Assembly: GCA_951406725.2 (NCBI GenBank)
Contig: OX597816.1
Span: 150,040,001 to 150,104,000, forward strand
Reading direction: 5' to 3'
Origin: Octopus vulgaris
Lineage: Eukaryota
Length of the DNA stretch: 64,000 bases
Position numbers and translations under genes: made by a program. The notes beneath the pieces were generated by a model, which saw only the letters and a list, made by a program, of their open reading frames with translations, had not been told where the DNA came from and did not search any database. The first letter of the stretch is position 1, and each line of letters starts with the position of its first letter. Shown one piece after another: positions 48,085-61,815 of the stretch.

Positions 48085-48297
48085 ACAGACATGTTTGAGA
48101 AATTTGTTTGAGAAATTGGAATTGACATGAAAGTAGAAAATGCTTAGAAAACTGCTTTATTGGGGACAGTGAGGATCTTGAGATTGGTACTTGGGTGTAA
48201 AGTATCATGGGGAGAGACCCTGCAAGACCTTTGACAACAGGTTGCTGTCAGCTCTTACAGAATTAACCAGAGCAAGTGAAATGGAAATAATAATAAC
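48085..48297 (+). mobile_element. R4/Dong LINE 3' end with (TAA)n tail
   Basis: KTALLGTVRILRLVL C-terminal motif, short 3'UTR, ends aataataataa. Confidence 0.75.
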
Positions 48298-49100
48298 ATG
48301 ATTTCTAACATGGATAAAAGGTCAAAAATTTGTGGGGATAAAAGAAATTAAATAAAAGCTAAAACTTCATAACTGTTTGTCTGTCAACATAGGAAGGATG
48401 AAAAACAAATTCAGCCTCATCTCTACATTAAGTACTGTTGTCAATTTAATTGACTATAACCGCTTACCAAATTTGTGGCCTTATGCATATATTAGATAAT
48501 ATTTTGTTCTATTTGGTTATAATCCTTTATTCTGAGTTCAAAAAACATCCATGTCTACTTTGCCTTTCATCTGCCCAAGAATTTATTTTGATAAAGTAAG
48601 TTATGTGGTAGATGTAACCACTTATACCTTAAGACAATGTCCCAGCATGGACACAATCTGCAACTAGTAAAATAATAAAAGAACTATTATCATTTTTACT
48701 TTTACTAAAAAGGCAATGGATGACAGAATTCATAGTGTTAGACAAATCAACTGTGATGTTTAATTTGTTCTTAGTTTATATCCAGCTTTACTCGAGGGTT
48801 TATAAAATATGTTGTCAACTGTGCCCTCTACTAGAATTTGTGTGTTGAGAAAATGCTAGAAATCCTTATGATAATTATGTTATAAGCACTGTAATCACTG
48901 CAAAAAACTTGGTAAGTTTCTGATGAAATGAGTCTATAACCCTTTTGATTCTTTGTCATAAGTTTTTCACACGATCAAAAAATAGCCTTAGGGAAGCATA
49001 AACATCAAAACTTTCACTGTTTACATGAAGTCAAGAATGCTGATTATCTAAATATTTTTGTTTTGTATGGAAGATAAGAGCAATAAGTTAAATGTGAGAA

Positions 49101-49400
49101 GCATCTCAACTAACCTACAAGGACCCAGTAGATAAGGTGAAAGTAATTTTGCAATCTGAAGTAAACTTAGCTGAATAAGAGATTGAAAACATTTCAACCA
49201 TTCTTATAAATCATATATCTGATCAGTCATCAAATAACTTAAAGTGACAAATGTCTCAACTAATCTACAAGAATTCAGAAATAAGGTAAAACTAGTTTTA
49301 CAATCTAATGCAAGCTTAGTTGCATAAAAGACGTTGAGGTCATTTCAACCTTTCTTATAAATTACAAACCTGATAAGTTATCAATAATTGAATAGTAAAT
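49101..49400. repeat. Diverged tandem duplication of about 150 bp
   Basis: tctcaactaa(c/t)ctacaag...ataaggt...catttcaacc.ttcttataaat repeated with a 150-bp period. Confidence 0.8.
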
Positions 49401-50189
49401 GACTTCTTGGGTGCACAAAAGTTCATAAGTTTATAACTTGACTAATTTCACAAAGTTAAGTAGACAATGGATAAATCTCATCCCAAATAAGATACATGTC
49501 TATCACAGATGACCTTCCTAGTAGATGTGCTATTTTTTTCTGATAATTAGTTATACTGAGCTGAGGCAAGCAGAACATGCAGTTTCAAATGGCAGCTAAA
49601 ATATCAACAAACAATATAGTTCTGACATGGTGGTTTTAACAGTGAAGTTTTATGAAAAAAGTAAAAAAGCACATAAAATGGGATGGAAAATAAGAAATTT
49701 TTCATATTAAATTTTACTCTGGGATATGCTCATTATGAGTTCATAAATAATATAAATTTCCTTAGATACACAAGATAGATGTAAATGTTAGTCAGTAAAA
49801 GACGGACTAACTATAATCATTGTGAGATTACATAAACATAACAGATGTTTACATCTACCTTATGTATCTAATAAATTATTTAATTCAGGAATGTAGTGAC
49901 AGCTAAAAGTTTTGGGTATAACTCATATCTCTTCCTCCTCTAAATCATACCTAGTGTCTTGAAAGTATTGTTCAGTGTGGTCCTATATACATTGTGTACA
50001 ATAAAACAGAATGGTCTTAACTGGAACATTTTTGATCTTAAATCTATTTGGTTAGAGTTAACCTGTAGCTAAACAGCATAACTATTTTTACCTTTATAAT
50101 ACAACTAGGGCTGACATATTGGTAGTCAAAAACAGAAAACAAAGTAAATTTCTTCAGGAATAAACTAATCAACATCCAAGGAATCTCCA

Positions 50190-51102
50190 AACACAAGAGG
50201 TGTGATGGAATCATAGGAAGGTTAACAGAGAAATAGTCTTTGTGTGTGATAGATATGCTGGTACAATAAGACTAAGAATGTATAGGAAATAAACTCCCTA
50301 AAATGTCCAGGGGGATCCTTAGAGATAGTAGATAGTTTTCATTATCTAGGTAACCAAATTAGCAGTAGAGGAGGTTGCTCTGAAAGCATAGTTGCTAGAA
50401 TAAAAACTGGCTGGGCAAAGTTTAGATAGCAATTACCTCTGTTGGTAACAAAGGACTTCTCCCTCAAGTGAAGACAGATTGTATGCTGTCTGTGTATGTG
50501 TAGCTATGCTACATGACAGTGAAACATGGGCTGTGACTGCAGATGGCATGCAAAGGTTTGAAAGAAATGAAGCCAGCTTGCTTTGCTGGGTATGCAATAC
50601 CAGTGTGCATGTATGACAAATTTTCTCCTAAGAGAAAATTTGGATATAAGAAGCATCAGATGAAGTATGTAAGAGAGAAGAGTGCATTGGTATGGCCATG
50701 TGATGCATATGGATGAAGACAGCTGTATAAAGAAGTGCCAATCTCTAATTGTGGAGGGAACCTGTAAATGAAGACCCAGAAAGATGTGGGACAAAGTGGT
50801 TAGAAATGATCTTTCTTTTCCTATGGGACAGCCAAGTATTTTCTCTATAGCAAGATACCTATTTCAATCTCTCTATTATTCTTTAACCTCTCAACTGGTG
50901 CAAAGCCACCCCCTCAATGCTACTCCCTCTCCCAGTCAGGGGTTTTAGTCTTGCAAGTTACTTGATGACCCTGCTGGTGCTGGTACTATGTAAAAAGGAC
51001 TTAGTAGAGCCTGGTGCAGTTCTCTGGCTTGTCAGCTCCTGTCAAAACATCCAACTCTTGACAGCATGGATAATGGATGTTAAATGATGACAATGATGAT
51101 GA

Positions 51103-51105
<3 letters not shown>
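50190..51105 (+). mobile_element. RTE LINE C-terminal and tail fragments
   Basis: gatagttttcattatctaggt...gaaacatgggctgtgact...tggtatggccatgtgatg; tail gttaaatgatgacaatgatgatgat. Confidence 0.8.
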
Positions 51106-51145
<40 letters not shown>

Positions 51146-51147
<2 letters not shown>

Positions 51148-51756
51148 TGCAGGTGTGGCTGTGTGGTAAGTAGCTTGCTTACCAACCACATGGTTCTGGG
51201 TTCAATTCACTGCATGGAACCTTGGGCAAGTGTCTTCTACTAGAGCCTTGGGCTAGCCAAAGCCTTGTGAGGGGATTTGGTAGATGGAAACTGAAAAAAG
51301 CCTGTCGTATATATATGTGTGTGTGTTTGTACCCCCAGTATCTCTTGACAACAGATTTTGGTGTGTTTATGTCCCTGTAACCTAGCAGTTTGGCAAAACA
51401 GACCAATAGAATAAGTACTAGGCTTACAAAGAATAAGTTCTGGGATCGATTTGTTTTACTAAAGGCGGTGCTCCGGCGTGACCACATATATATATTCGTT
51501 TATTTTATTTGTTTCAGTCATTTGACTGTGGTCACGCTGGAGCGCCGCCTTTAGTCAAACAAATCAATCCCAGGACTTATTCTGTGTAAGCCTAGTACTT
51601 ATTCTATTGGTCTGTTTTGCCAAACTGCTAAGTTACGGGGACATAAACACACCAAAATCTGCTTTCAAGAGATATTGGGGGTACAAACACACACACACAT
51701 ATATATACGACAGGCTTCTTTCAGTTTCCATCTACCAAATCCACTCACAAGGCTTT
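51146..51756. mobile_element. Family A SINE fold-back: + copy (51146-51486, has head, lacks tail) abutting a - copy (about 51497-51756, has tail, lacks head)
   Basis: Arms 51259-51486 and 51527-51756 are reverse complements, about 13 mismatches plus one 2-nt indel by manual alignment. Confidence 0.92.
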
Positions 51757-53398
51757 ATATATATACACACATGCACACACACACATATACTCATTTATAT
51801 TTTTGCATCTTTATGTGTGTCTATTTATCTGTGTATGTAAGTATGTAGGAATGTATATTTGTGTATGTATGTATAAAGCCACACTTTTAGTTCTTGCAGA
51901 CACATCACCTGCATACTGTTCTACTTTTATTTTCAGCTCCCTGCTCTGCTCTTCTCCCAATCTCTCTGCATTGACTGCTATGCTTTTTGCTAACATTCTT
52001 TGTACCAGCTCTGATTCTAGTTCCCACAATTTTGCAACTCTTTAAATTAATTTTAATCCAACAAACTTTTATTCATTGACCAGCTCACTACTACCAACAT
52101 ATTTCATAAACCTCTCACTTCTCTCACTATATTTAGCCACATCATGTTTATACCCCTTTGTCACTAGCCCTTTGCTTCCTTACCCAGCCTTCTCTACTTT
52201 ACCTACCTAGTACTTTTGACCACACAAACCTTCAAATCTTACCTCCTTCCACATTATCCTACTCCAGTTAACTCAAGCCTCCTTCAACATAAGTCTCAGT
52301 ATTGCATTATTTAGCTTGGCAGGTTTTCTCAAGCACAGCAAATTGCCAGATGTTTTGGTTCTTTGTCATACATGTGTGTGTGTGTGCACGTGAGCATGTG
52401 TGTATGCATGGGGATACACATATACACACACTTTTCTTTATCTATTAATATACAGATATATTTTATGCAGAATTTTAAATAATGTCTTAATTATATCTAT
52501 ACCTTCTAAAGATTGCCTTCATGTAAAAGTATTGGCTTCTTCTCCAAAAGAAGGTTAATTCTGCAATGTTTGGTGAAAGTCAAAAATCTGCTTACATGAA
52601 AATCACAAAATTTAAAACGCACTTACAGGAGAAAAATCAATGGTGAAGGTAAATAAAAATAAATTACAGATAGATGTGCCACATATGTAGTAGCAACTGG
52701 AAGTATAAATTTATAAGTATTACAATGAACGAAGATTTACAATGTTGCCAAATGAAAAATTGCAACTCTAGACAAGGAGTCCATATAAATAAAACATAAA
52801 ATGTGCTTGTGATTACCCTAGAGACATTTATGACCTACTGCAGTTGATCAAATAATATTATCTTACTAAAACAAACTAAGAGGTCAAACATGAAATGAAG
52901 AAACCTATCTCACTTTTGCAAGCAACAAACCAAACAAATAAATTATTTGTCATTTGATTTTGATCAATGTCACCTGCTTGATGCATGACTATAGAAAAGT
53001 ATAGCATAAACATATTGATCTCTTCACTGATCTCTTCTGACACTACTTTGAAGGTTTGCAGTATGTGTATTGAAGACAGGGTCATAGATAAGAATCATAA
53101 GAAAGGTTGTACAGAAATTGGCACCATTTTAATTGATATTTATGCCCACTATATACATCCATAAATACATATATAGGTTTTGTTTATTTTGTTGTATAAA
53201 AGCCAAAAGGAAAAAAAGCTCAATCATCCTTGCATGAAAAATGCAGAGTCAGATATATGTTTATTCATATGTAAGGAAAATAGGATTACATATCTAAACC
53301 ATGGGTTAATTCAATTATTCTTTTGGTTGATTGCACACATCAACATATTGAGAAGGAACAACTAATAACGCTTTAAACAACATTCACTTTGCATTCAA

Positions 53399-54889
53399 GC
53401 TGAAACAAACTGTAGTGAACCAGAGAAGTTTATTTAATTAAAATTATACCCATGGTGAGGAAACACTCATCAGCTTAATAATAAACTATGAGCAAGAAAG
53501 ATGAGGGAAACAGCCCTCAAAATTTTAATTAAAATGAATTAACCAGTGTGTGTGTATAGGAATGTGAGTGTGAATATGCATGTAGCTATTGTGCTTAAGT
53601 TGGATAGAATGAGAAGAAAAGCTGATGACAGTTTTATGGCTTTCTGCAGCCTTGAGGTTTGTCTCCTATCTCATTTAACTGACAAAATATCTGCTTGGTT
53701 TTGATGACCTTTAATGTCAACACCATGTCTGTGATTCTTGTATGTTCTCGATGTCAATATTAGCTGTAAGCTAATTTAGATAAATGATTTTAAATAATAT
53801 AACCATTTGATCTCTTTCCTTCTTGCAAGACCGTTCAAGCCACACCTTCTAATCTTCCTATAACTTTGAATGTTATTCTCTAAAGAATCCACCAACATCA
53901 GATTTATCTTGTTTGATCTATGAAACTTCACCTGTTTGACATCTTACCTGTTAAAAATTTTACCTGAAGATTGTGGATTATATGCTATGATATAATCTAT
54001 GTATACCCCAATAAAATTCAACTGAAACAGCTGTTGTAAATTTTAAATGCTTTTTGTGTTCTCTTTTTGTACCTACATCACACCTGAAACCAACTTCAGA
54101 GTTAGATCTACAGCTTAAATTGGATTTGGTATTCACATATCTACAGTATCCGACCAACACTTGGTACCTTCCATTGTTTACCTCACTGTGAACTCGCCAT
54201 TTCTGGTATCCTGTGTGTTGAAGTGGCTAGGTTCCATTGAATCCTTATAACTAATTCACACACACACAGCGTTTGTTTCAACATTTTCAGTTGTTCAGTA
54301 AAATGCTAGTATTATAATGTAATAGAAAGTATAAACCTTTGACTTTAGAGAATAGTATGTTATATTAATCTAACAAATAAATGTAGTTGTCAAATATTCA
54401 ATCACAGTGGATAGCAGTCAGCTGGACAGATACAGTATGTAGTTATCTACAAAGTATTGACATTTCCAAGAACCACAGGTGTAATTAATTAAAATTTCTT
54501 GGTTCACTGCATTAATATGTTAGCAATGATTCTATCATTTGGTTTTTGTGTGGAGTAATTTTTCCCATTCCTTTTAAGTTATCATGTCATGCAATCTGTA
54601 GTCACAAAACATCTATATTTTCTGAACTCATCTGTCTGGCAAAGACTGCTTTGTTGAAGTTTCAAAAAGTCAAAACATGCTGGGAATTGTCACTGTACTG
54701 TCAAAGCCAGAATCTCTTCCCACTACATTTTCCACATTTGTTTTTAATTCATTTTAATTAAAATTTTGAGGACTGTTTTCCTCATCTTTCTTGCTCATAG
54801 TTTATTATTAAGCTGATGAGTGTTTCCTCACCTTGGGTATAATTTTAATTAAATAAACTTCTCTGGTTCACTACGGTTTGTTTTTCAGC
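53399..54889. repeat. Inverted repeat with 144-bp arms (53399-53542 and 54744-54889) and a 1.2-kb spacer
   Basis: gctgaaacaaactgtagtgaaccagagaag...aaaatgaattaa versus its reverse complement; 4 mismatches plus one 2-nt indel by manual alignment. Confidence 0.92.
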
Positions 54890-57434
54890 ACTGATTTTTA
54901 CCTTCTAGTTTCGGAATATAAAGCAAAGCACAACTGTTTTCATGAATAATATATTTATCAATCTAAACCAAATGACATTTCAAGTTTCAAGAAGACTTGC
55001 TCTTTATTTGTGTCAGCAATATGAATCAAAGTCAACAGAATCAAGTCCATTGAACAAATATATGATGAAGTGTTAGCAGCAGATTTGAACTAAAACTTTG
55101 TGAGTTGGTAGACAAATTGGTCATATATATACATATAAAATTCGGGATGTGTGGCATTCAGTTACTCCACAACTGAAAAATGCATTAAATACTACAAAAC
55201 GTACACATAAGACAGACACCAGAACCCTAATGCTTCATCAGTTATTGACTGAAAAATATAATACCTAGTTTCATGCCTTTAACAATAAGACTAGGAACTT
55301 CGTATATCGGCGGCTCCTGCAAGATTTGCGGAGAATTAGGGCTTGAGTAAACAAAATAATACAGGGTGGACATACGAAAGTAAACAACAGTAATTTGAAA
55401 TGATAGACGAAACAATAAATAAAGCCTTGGGGTCAAACACAAGAATGATGGATTAACAACTGGGAGAAATCATCAAATGGATATAAAGAACAGAATTGAG
55501 AAAAGAAAAAAGGTTGACCAGCATGCTAGGTGTCCAGTGGCAAAAAAAAAGATAGAAAATCAGTCACTGGTCATGTATGGGTAGAAGATAAAAGGGAAGG
55601 AATGAGAGAGAGAGAAGAGAGGAAGGAAGGGAAAAAGTCTACAATTAAGTGTAAGAAGATGAGAGAGAGAGGGGGAGAGGAAGTAGGGATGCTAGTAAAG
55701 TGATGCTACACAATGTGTAGTAAAATACTGACTAGAATATTGTACTATGAATTTAGTCGGTACAGGTAGTAGCTTTCAAGTAGTTTAATCAAAGTCTGTG
55801 GATAGAGTTGATTAGACAGTTACAGACTAATTAAATGACTAAAAATGAAGTCCATAGGTAGACACAGAATAGATGTGCATCCTCTTTATATATACTTGTG
55901 TTCCAGAGTATAAGTTAAGAAATAAATTTGTTCATTATTTTGTGTCAGATTGTTACATTGAGATTGACTTGTACCTCCTTAATGCTGTCTACATAGATTT
56001 ATTGTGGTCATATTTAAAGGATATTCTTTTTAAAATGGTTCAGTCAGAAGAGGAATAGCAGCATTTATAACCTTTTTCAGATTCTCTAAGACTATTGGAA
56101 GGAACTCCTCTACAGATACTCAAGGGCCAAGTGGTGATGCTATGATAAGATATAATGTTAATTATAAATTTGAGTAAAGGATAGGTGTCTACAAGTGTCA
56201 TTTGAATGGGTGTTTACTTAGATACAAATTTGATAATGATTCTATCTTTTTTAAGAAGCATTAGCAGTGTAATTGGTGCCAACTAAAAATTAGAAGGTAA
56301 CTTTAAAAAGTTATAAAATGAAATTATTTTTCACTTATCCACAAGAACTTGCATTTATAAAGATAGAAAATGAAATTGTACTATATTTATGAATTTCTGT
56401 AGGCATTTAGTGCCTGACTGAAATAAGATGGTTAAAACTATGAATTGGCACTTGTTTGTGAACTTAGCGAAAGCTTAGCTCTTTTACTCAACCAATTTGA
56501 ACTATTTCAAAATATCTAGATTATTTTCTGTGATAATAGAAGCAAAAAATAAAATTCATACAACCCATCAGATTGTGGAATACTTCTGAGTTATTCAATA
56601 TGTCTGAAATTACTTGAATTTACTCAAAGCATACAAATTACTCAAAACATTCTCAAGGTATTAGTGAAGCATATTGGCTCCATTAGTAATCAAAGATTGC
56701 AATCTTAGCTACACTTACTCTATAATGCTTCTACATAATTTACAGTGGAAAGAATGAAGGAAAAAAAGAGAAAATGGAGAGAAATTAAGAAATAACTGAT
56801 AATTTCTTTAAGCAACATATATTGTCTTTAAAATTAATAGTTTTCAACATGGATTCAGTTCACTTCATTTTCATCTGCAGAATCTACTTTAAAGAAAATA
56901 ATTTCTGGAAGTTACCACTGGCAATTTTGGCAACACACTTGACAGATGTTATAATTGCATTTCTCCAAAAATTCAGATCCGTTATGACCTTCAGCTTAGG
57001 CCTAAACTAACATTACAATTTTATCACCTACTTCATGACGGGAGATTTTTTCTGAAACCGTTTCTAAACAAACTTAATAGTTTCCAATATAACAACCTAA
57101 ATACTCACCTAACAAATTTCTTATATAAAAGGCATCTAGTTATCAGTTCTTTTGAAGAATTTGCCCTTTCTTCTTCCTCCCCTTAATCTCTCTCATCCAT
57201 TCTGTTTATTGAAAAGCATTTAAATCAGTATTGGAGACCATTTTCTCTTCTCTCTCTCACTCACACACACAGATTCACTCACACTCACTCACTAACAAAC
57301 TGATACAAAAGCAGACATCTAAATACACACACATTCATAAATATGTATATATATAACTGTATGTATTCAAAAACAGAAAGAAAATAAGCAGCAAAAGAGT
57401 AACTTAGAGACAATGACAAAAATGGAGAGAGAGA

Positions 57435-57488
<54 letters not shown>

Positions 57489-58139
57489 TAGGAAAAAAGA
57501 GATGCATTAGTCAATGTTTGCACATCTGTGTAATATGTAAGTGTTCATGCGTATGCATGTACTTTTATATTCGTAAATTCAGAAGCTCCTAAAATTACTA
57601 ATTGTTGCATGATGTAGTTTGATATATTTATATAAGGGTTTGGGCAGAGAAGTAAAATACCTTTTTGGAATTTAGAGTATTTTACATGTCTGTGTGTATA
57701 TAAATAACAAAGTGAATGGTACCTGTGGATGAGGAAGATCAGGAAAGACTTGGAACGAAGTGGTAAAAAATAATCTCAAGGAGATGAGAGAAGACTGAGA
57801 TATGTGGTACTACAGAAAACCCAATCTCCAGCATCAGGTAGCACAACATCTCCTGTTCAACCTTCTCTACCATCCTATCACTTTATAACTCTTTCATTAA
57901 TCCCTGACACTATTTTTTATTTTCCCTTTTACTGCCCTCTTCCCTAACATTATCTCTGTTAGACTCTCTCCTATCATCCACTCTCAAACATAATCCTGAG
58001 TAAACTCTAATAAGAACTATCTTGGACCCTAATGAACTATCCAATCCATGCTGGCATGGCAGACAGACTGACCACTCCATCATTGATTTCATCTAATCAA
58101 CCCACCCCATTATCATTATTACTTTCTCTCCCTTCTTCA

Positions 58140-58503
58140 CACGCGTGGTTGTGTTGTAAGAAGTTTGCTTTCAACCACATGTTTCTAACTTCAATCCCAC
58201 TGTGTGGCACTTTGGGCAAATGTCTTCTACTATAGTCATGGGCCAACCAAAGCTTTGAGTGGATCTGGTAGACAGAAACTGAAAGAAGCCCACTGTATGT
58301 GCGTGTTCCCATTACCACTAGATAACCAGTGTTGGTTTGTATATGCTTCCATAACTTGGCAGTTTTTCAATAGAAACCAATAGAATAAGTACCAGACTTA
58401 AAAAAAACTAATGGAATTCATTTGCTTTGATACACTATTTGAGGCAATACCTCAGCATGGCAGCAGTCTATTGACTGAAACAAGTAAAGTATAAAGGATA
58501 AAA
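58140..58503 (+). mobile_element. Family A SINE, diverged full-length copy
   Basis: gcgtggttgtgttgtaagaagtttgc...tgtggcactttgggcaaatgtcttctactatag...gactgaaacaagtaaag. Confidence 0.8.
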
Positions 58504-59864
58504 GTTGGTCCAATATTTTGTCGGAATACCAATGAAGGTTTTCTTCATTCAAGAAAATCATCTAGCTTGAACTCATCTTTCTGCTTCAGTAACTAACCAT
58601 AACTAAATCTACAGGCATGAAGTTTATGTTAGAGAAGAAGAAATGGTAAATTGTTATGTTCATGCATCTCCTAAGAACATTAATAAAAGGAAATGGCACC
58701 AACTGAAAATCAAAAATGGGTTGCAAACTTAGCATACTTTACAGCATACATCCCACACTTGAAGGTATTTCAATATACAGCTCATAGACTTTCAGTTTAA
58801 AACTACTAGAGGCAATCTGCTAAGTATTTGGACTTGATACTTTATTCTACACACTTCACTTTTCCTAGCTGTTAGCGATAGTTACTAGATCTACAGAGAA
58901 TGCTATCAATGATATTCAAGGGAAGATTTATCTCTTATCTGCTTAATGCCATGAAATCAAAGCTAAGAACAAGGCTATGAAAGGAAAGGTTATGGTTTCA
59001 CCATGTATAAATGAGAGGGAGAGGATACCATTATTAAGTCATTGATTTCTTTTAATCTAGTGTAAACAACCTAACTACATTTAATGGGTCAACCTAACTA
59101 TATCAAATGATAATCAATAATTATAACCTTTTGTAATTACATTTAATCACTATAACCATAACATTCATTTAATAATTAATTACGAAGCATGTAACTATGT
59201 ATAACTATATTATCATAATGACCACATTATTTCATTAAACCTGTAGCCTACTTTTAATAAAGTGACTAGTACACATCATCATAAAAAAAAATTATGTATG
59301 TTTGACAATAAACTAATAGACTACAAACCAAGGAGGGAAACATTAGTTGGTTGCTCAATCTTCAGCATATAGAAGCCAAATCTCAAATCATATCTTTCTG
59401 TCTAAAAAGAGAAATAGGCTGTTGGATAATGTAAACCTAGAGTGGTCACTGCTGGAATGTCTTTGATTATAGTTCTACTTGATCAGAACTGATAAATTTG
59501 ACGATGCTTTTATGATGTAGGGAGAAGAAGAATTTGACATTTTGAAATTGATTCTTCGTCTGAGATGAAAGAAATTTTAAGTCTCTTTTCCCTCAAAGTG
59601 TCAATCCCAAAATATCAAATTTCTTTCTCCTCATGGCATACAAACTTATCCAGTTTCATGAACTTCACTGTATAACTTTTACCATGTTGATCATCACTAG
59701 TTTCCTTGAATTCTGTTTTTTTTTTCTTTTTTAATGCATACTATTCTATAAAAATGAAATCTTGAGTGGCTTGGACATTGAATCACCAGCTCACAAGTCA
59801 AAATTTGTAATTACTGCTGGCATTTAATTATGCCTGTGAGTATTACATATTGTCAGTACATTAA

Positions 59865-60087
59865 CCCTTTAGCATTCACATTATTCTCTGTCAATTGTAA
59901 CGCTTATTTATTCACATTGCTTTGAATTAAGCATGCATTGTGCAGTAGCTATGAGATTTCAATGATGTGATAGTCTATTTTTTGAATGACATTGTAGGGC
60001 AAGCGTAAGAGGCCAGATCTGGCCACTTTGGACATAAAATAGGTAGAATATATTGGGCCGGATATGACTGGTTTAAATGCTAAAGGG
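59865..60087. mobile_element. piggyBac-type MITE (223 bp)
   Basis: TTAA|ccctttagcatt...aatgctaaaggg|TTAA: perfect 12-bp TIRs and TTAA TSD. Confidence 0.9.
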
Positions 60088-61815
60088 TTAATTTTTTTTA
60101 GTTATTTGAGTCATGTTCTAGATCTTCTGTGAATGTTACTTACAACAGAGTAACACCCTATAATTAGAGGGGTGGTTTATCATATATCAACTTAATGCTA
60201 TAATAGCTGTGCCTTTCCTTTTTCTTTATATTCGTCATTTTAAAATTATAATCAATTCCCAAAACCATAGCTATCTATCTATAACTATCTAGAGAGGTGC
60301 AACTGGCTAAGGTGATTACTGCTGAAAAATTGATAATTTGTATCTTGTAGCCAGTGTTACTCTGAAATCCTTGACCTAAACCATAGCACTGTAAATAGGT
60401 ATTATGATTATGCAACACTCACTCTTGCAAGAAGATAGAGCAGTGTATAAAATCAAGAGCTTGCAGTGCTAATTCTAAATCCTCCTATGCACATGAGCTT
60501 TTACATAAACACTCAAGTTACAGTCTTGATTCAACCTATTTAATAATTTCCATCCCAAATAAGCTTAAGATGACTGATATGTTGTCAAGATGATCTCGAT
60601 TCAATCAGAATTAACACCACATTCTTTATTTCCTTTGTTAAAATGCATATTGTCCAAGCAATTAGTTAGCTTAGTAGTAGAGTGTGTGGTAGACTTAACC
60701 ATCACCTAATTTAGCACCTTCATCTAGCAGAGCCCACTCAGTTGTAAGCATTCAGGTTTGATTACAGATAGCTTAATATACTGCACTGTTTCCTACTGGG
60801 GTAATCTATGAGCTACAGCCTTTCTCCACAGACTAAGCTAAAAAAAAAAAAAAAATTAAAATGCATCAAATATTTTTCAGGTTGATACACTAGGACAAAC
60901 TAAGTGTTTTATTACATATATATCCTTTAAATGGTATAAGTTCAATAGAATACTGAATTAGATAATACATAGTGTTTAGTTTTGCTACTTACTTCCAGGG
61001 TCAATATAATAACAACTAGTGATAAAATAGAGACAACTTGATTACCTTTATCATTCACTCTACAAATACATGATATGTCTATTTCAGAAATCAATATTAA
61101 AAATCTTTTTCACAAGTACTAGAATAAAACATCTTTGATTATATATTTATATATAACAATATACGTAAAGGAGAAAGATTTCATTAACAGTCTCTTTAAA
61201 ATGTAACAAATATAGTTGAGATATATTCTGTGTCCTTTCAAGCCATGCCATTTCTTGACAAAAAAGAAAGTGTAAAAGAATTTGATAATTGATAATGTTT
61301 AATTGAATTTCAATATTATCAAATATATCCTTAAAATATAAAATAATTTTAGAACTGTAATGTAATCAATTTAGAAATTAATAACTGCTGCTGTTACTGC
61401 AACTACCATTACTACTACAACAACAAATTTCACAAACTGAGAGAATGAAATTAACTTATTTTCCAGTAGTCAAGGTAACTCTCTTAAGCTCAGACTGATG
61501 CAAGTGGAAAAGGCTCTTTAATCTAATCTTAGACTACCTACCTGATGTTGGTGATGTGATGGAAAATGTGTTGTTTTTTTCCCCCATACACCTGGCAACA
61601 AAGAACTTACCAATTGTATGGAAAAGAATGCAATGGGTAAAATAAAGACAATGCAGAGATTGTTTCTTAAGTCTTGTTAGGAATTAGACTGCTGTGATGC
61701 CAGTGTCTGAATGAACAACATAATGTAGGGAGAAAAGACTCTTTTGTCTTCCTGGGGTGAAGATTACCTTTCATGGCTGGTGCTACAACTAAAATGCACC
61801 TGATTCATTCAAGAG

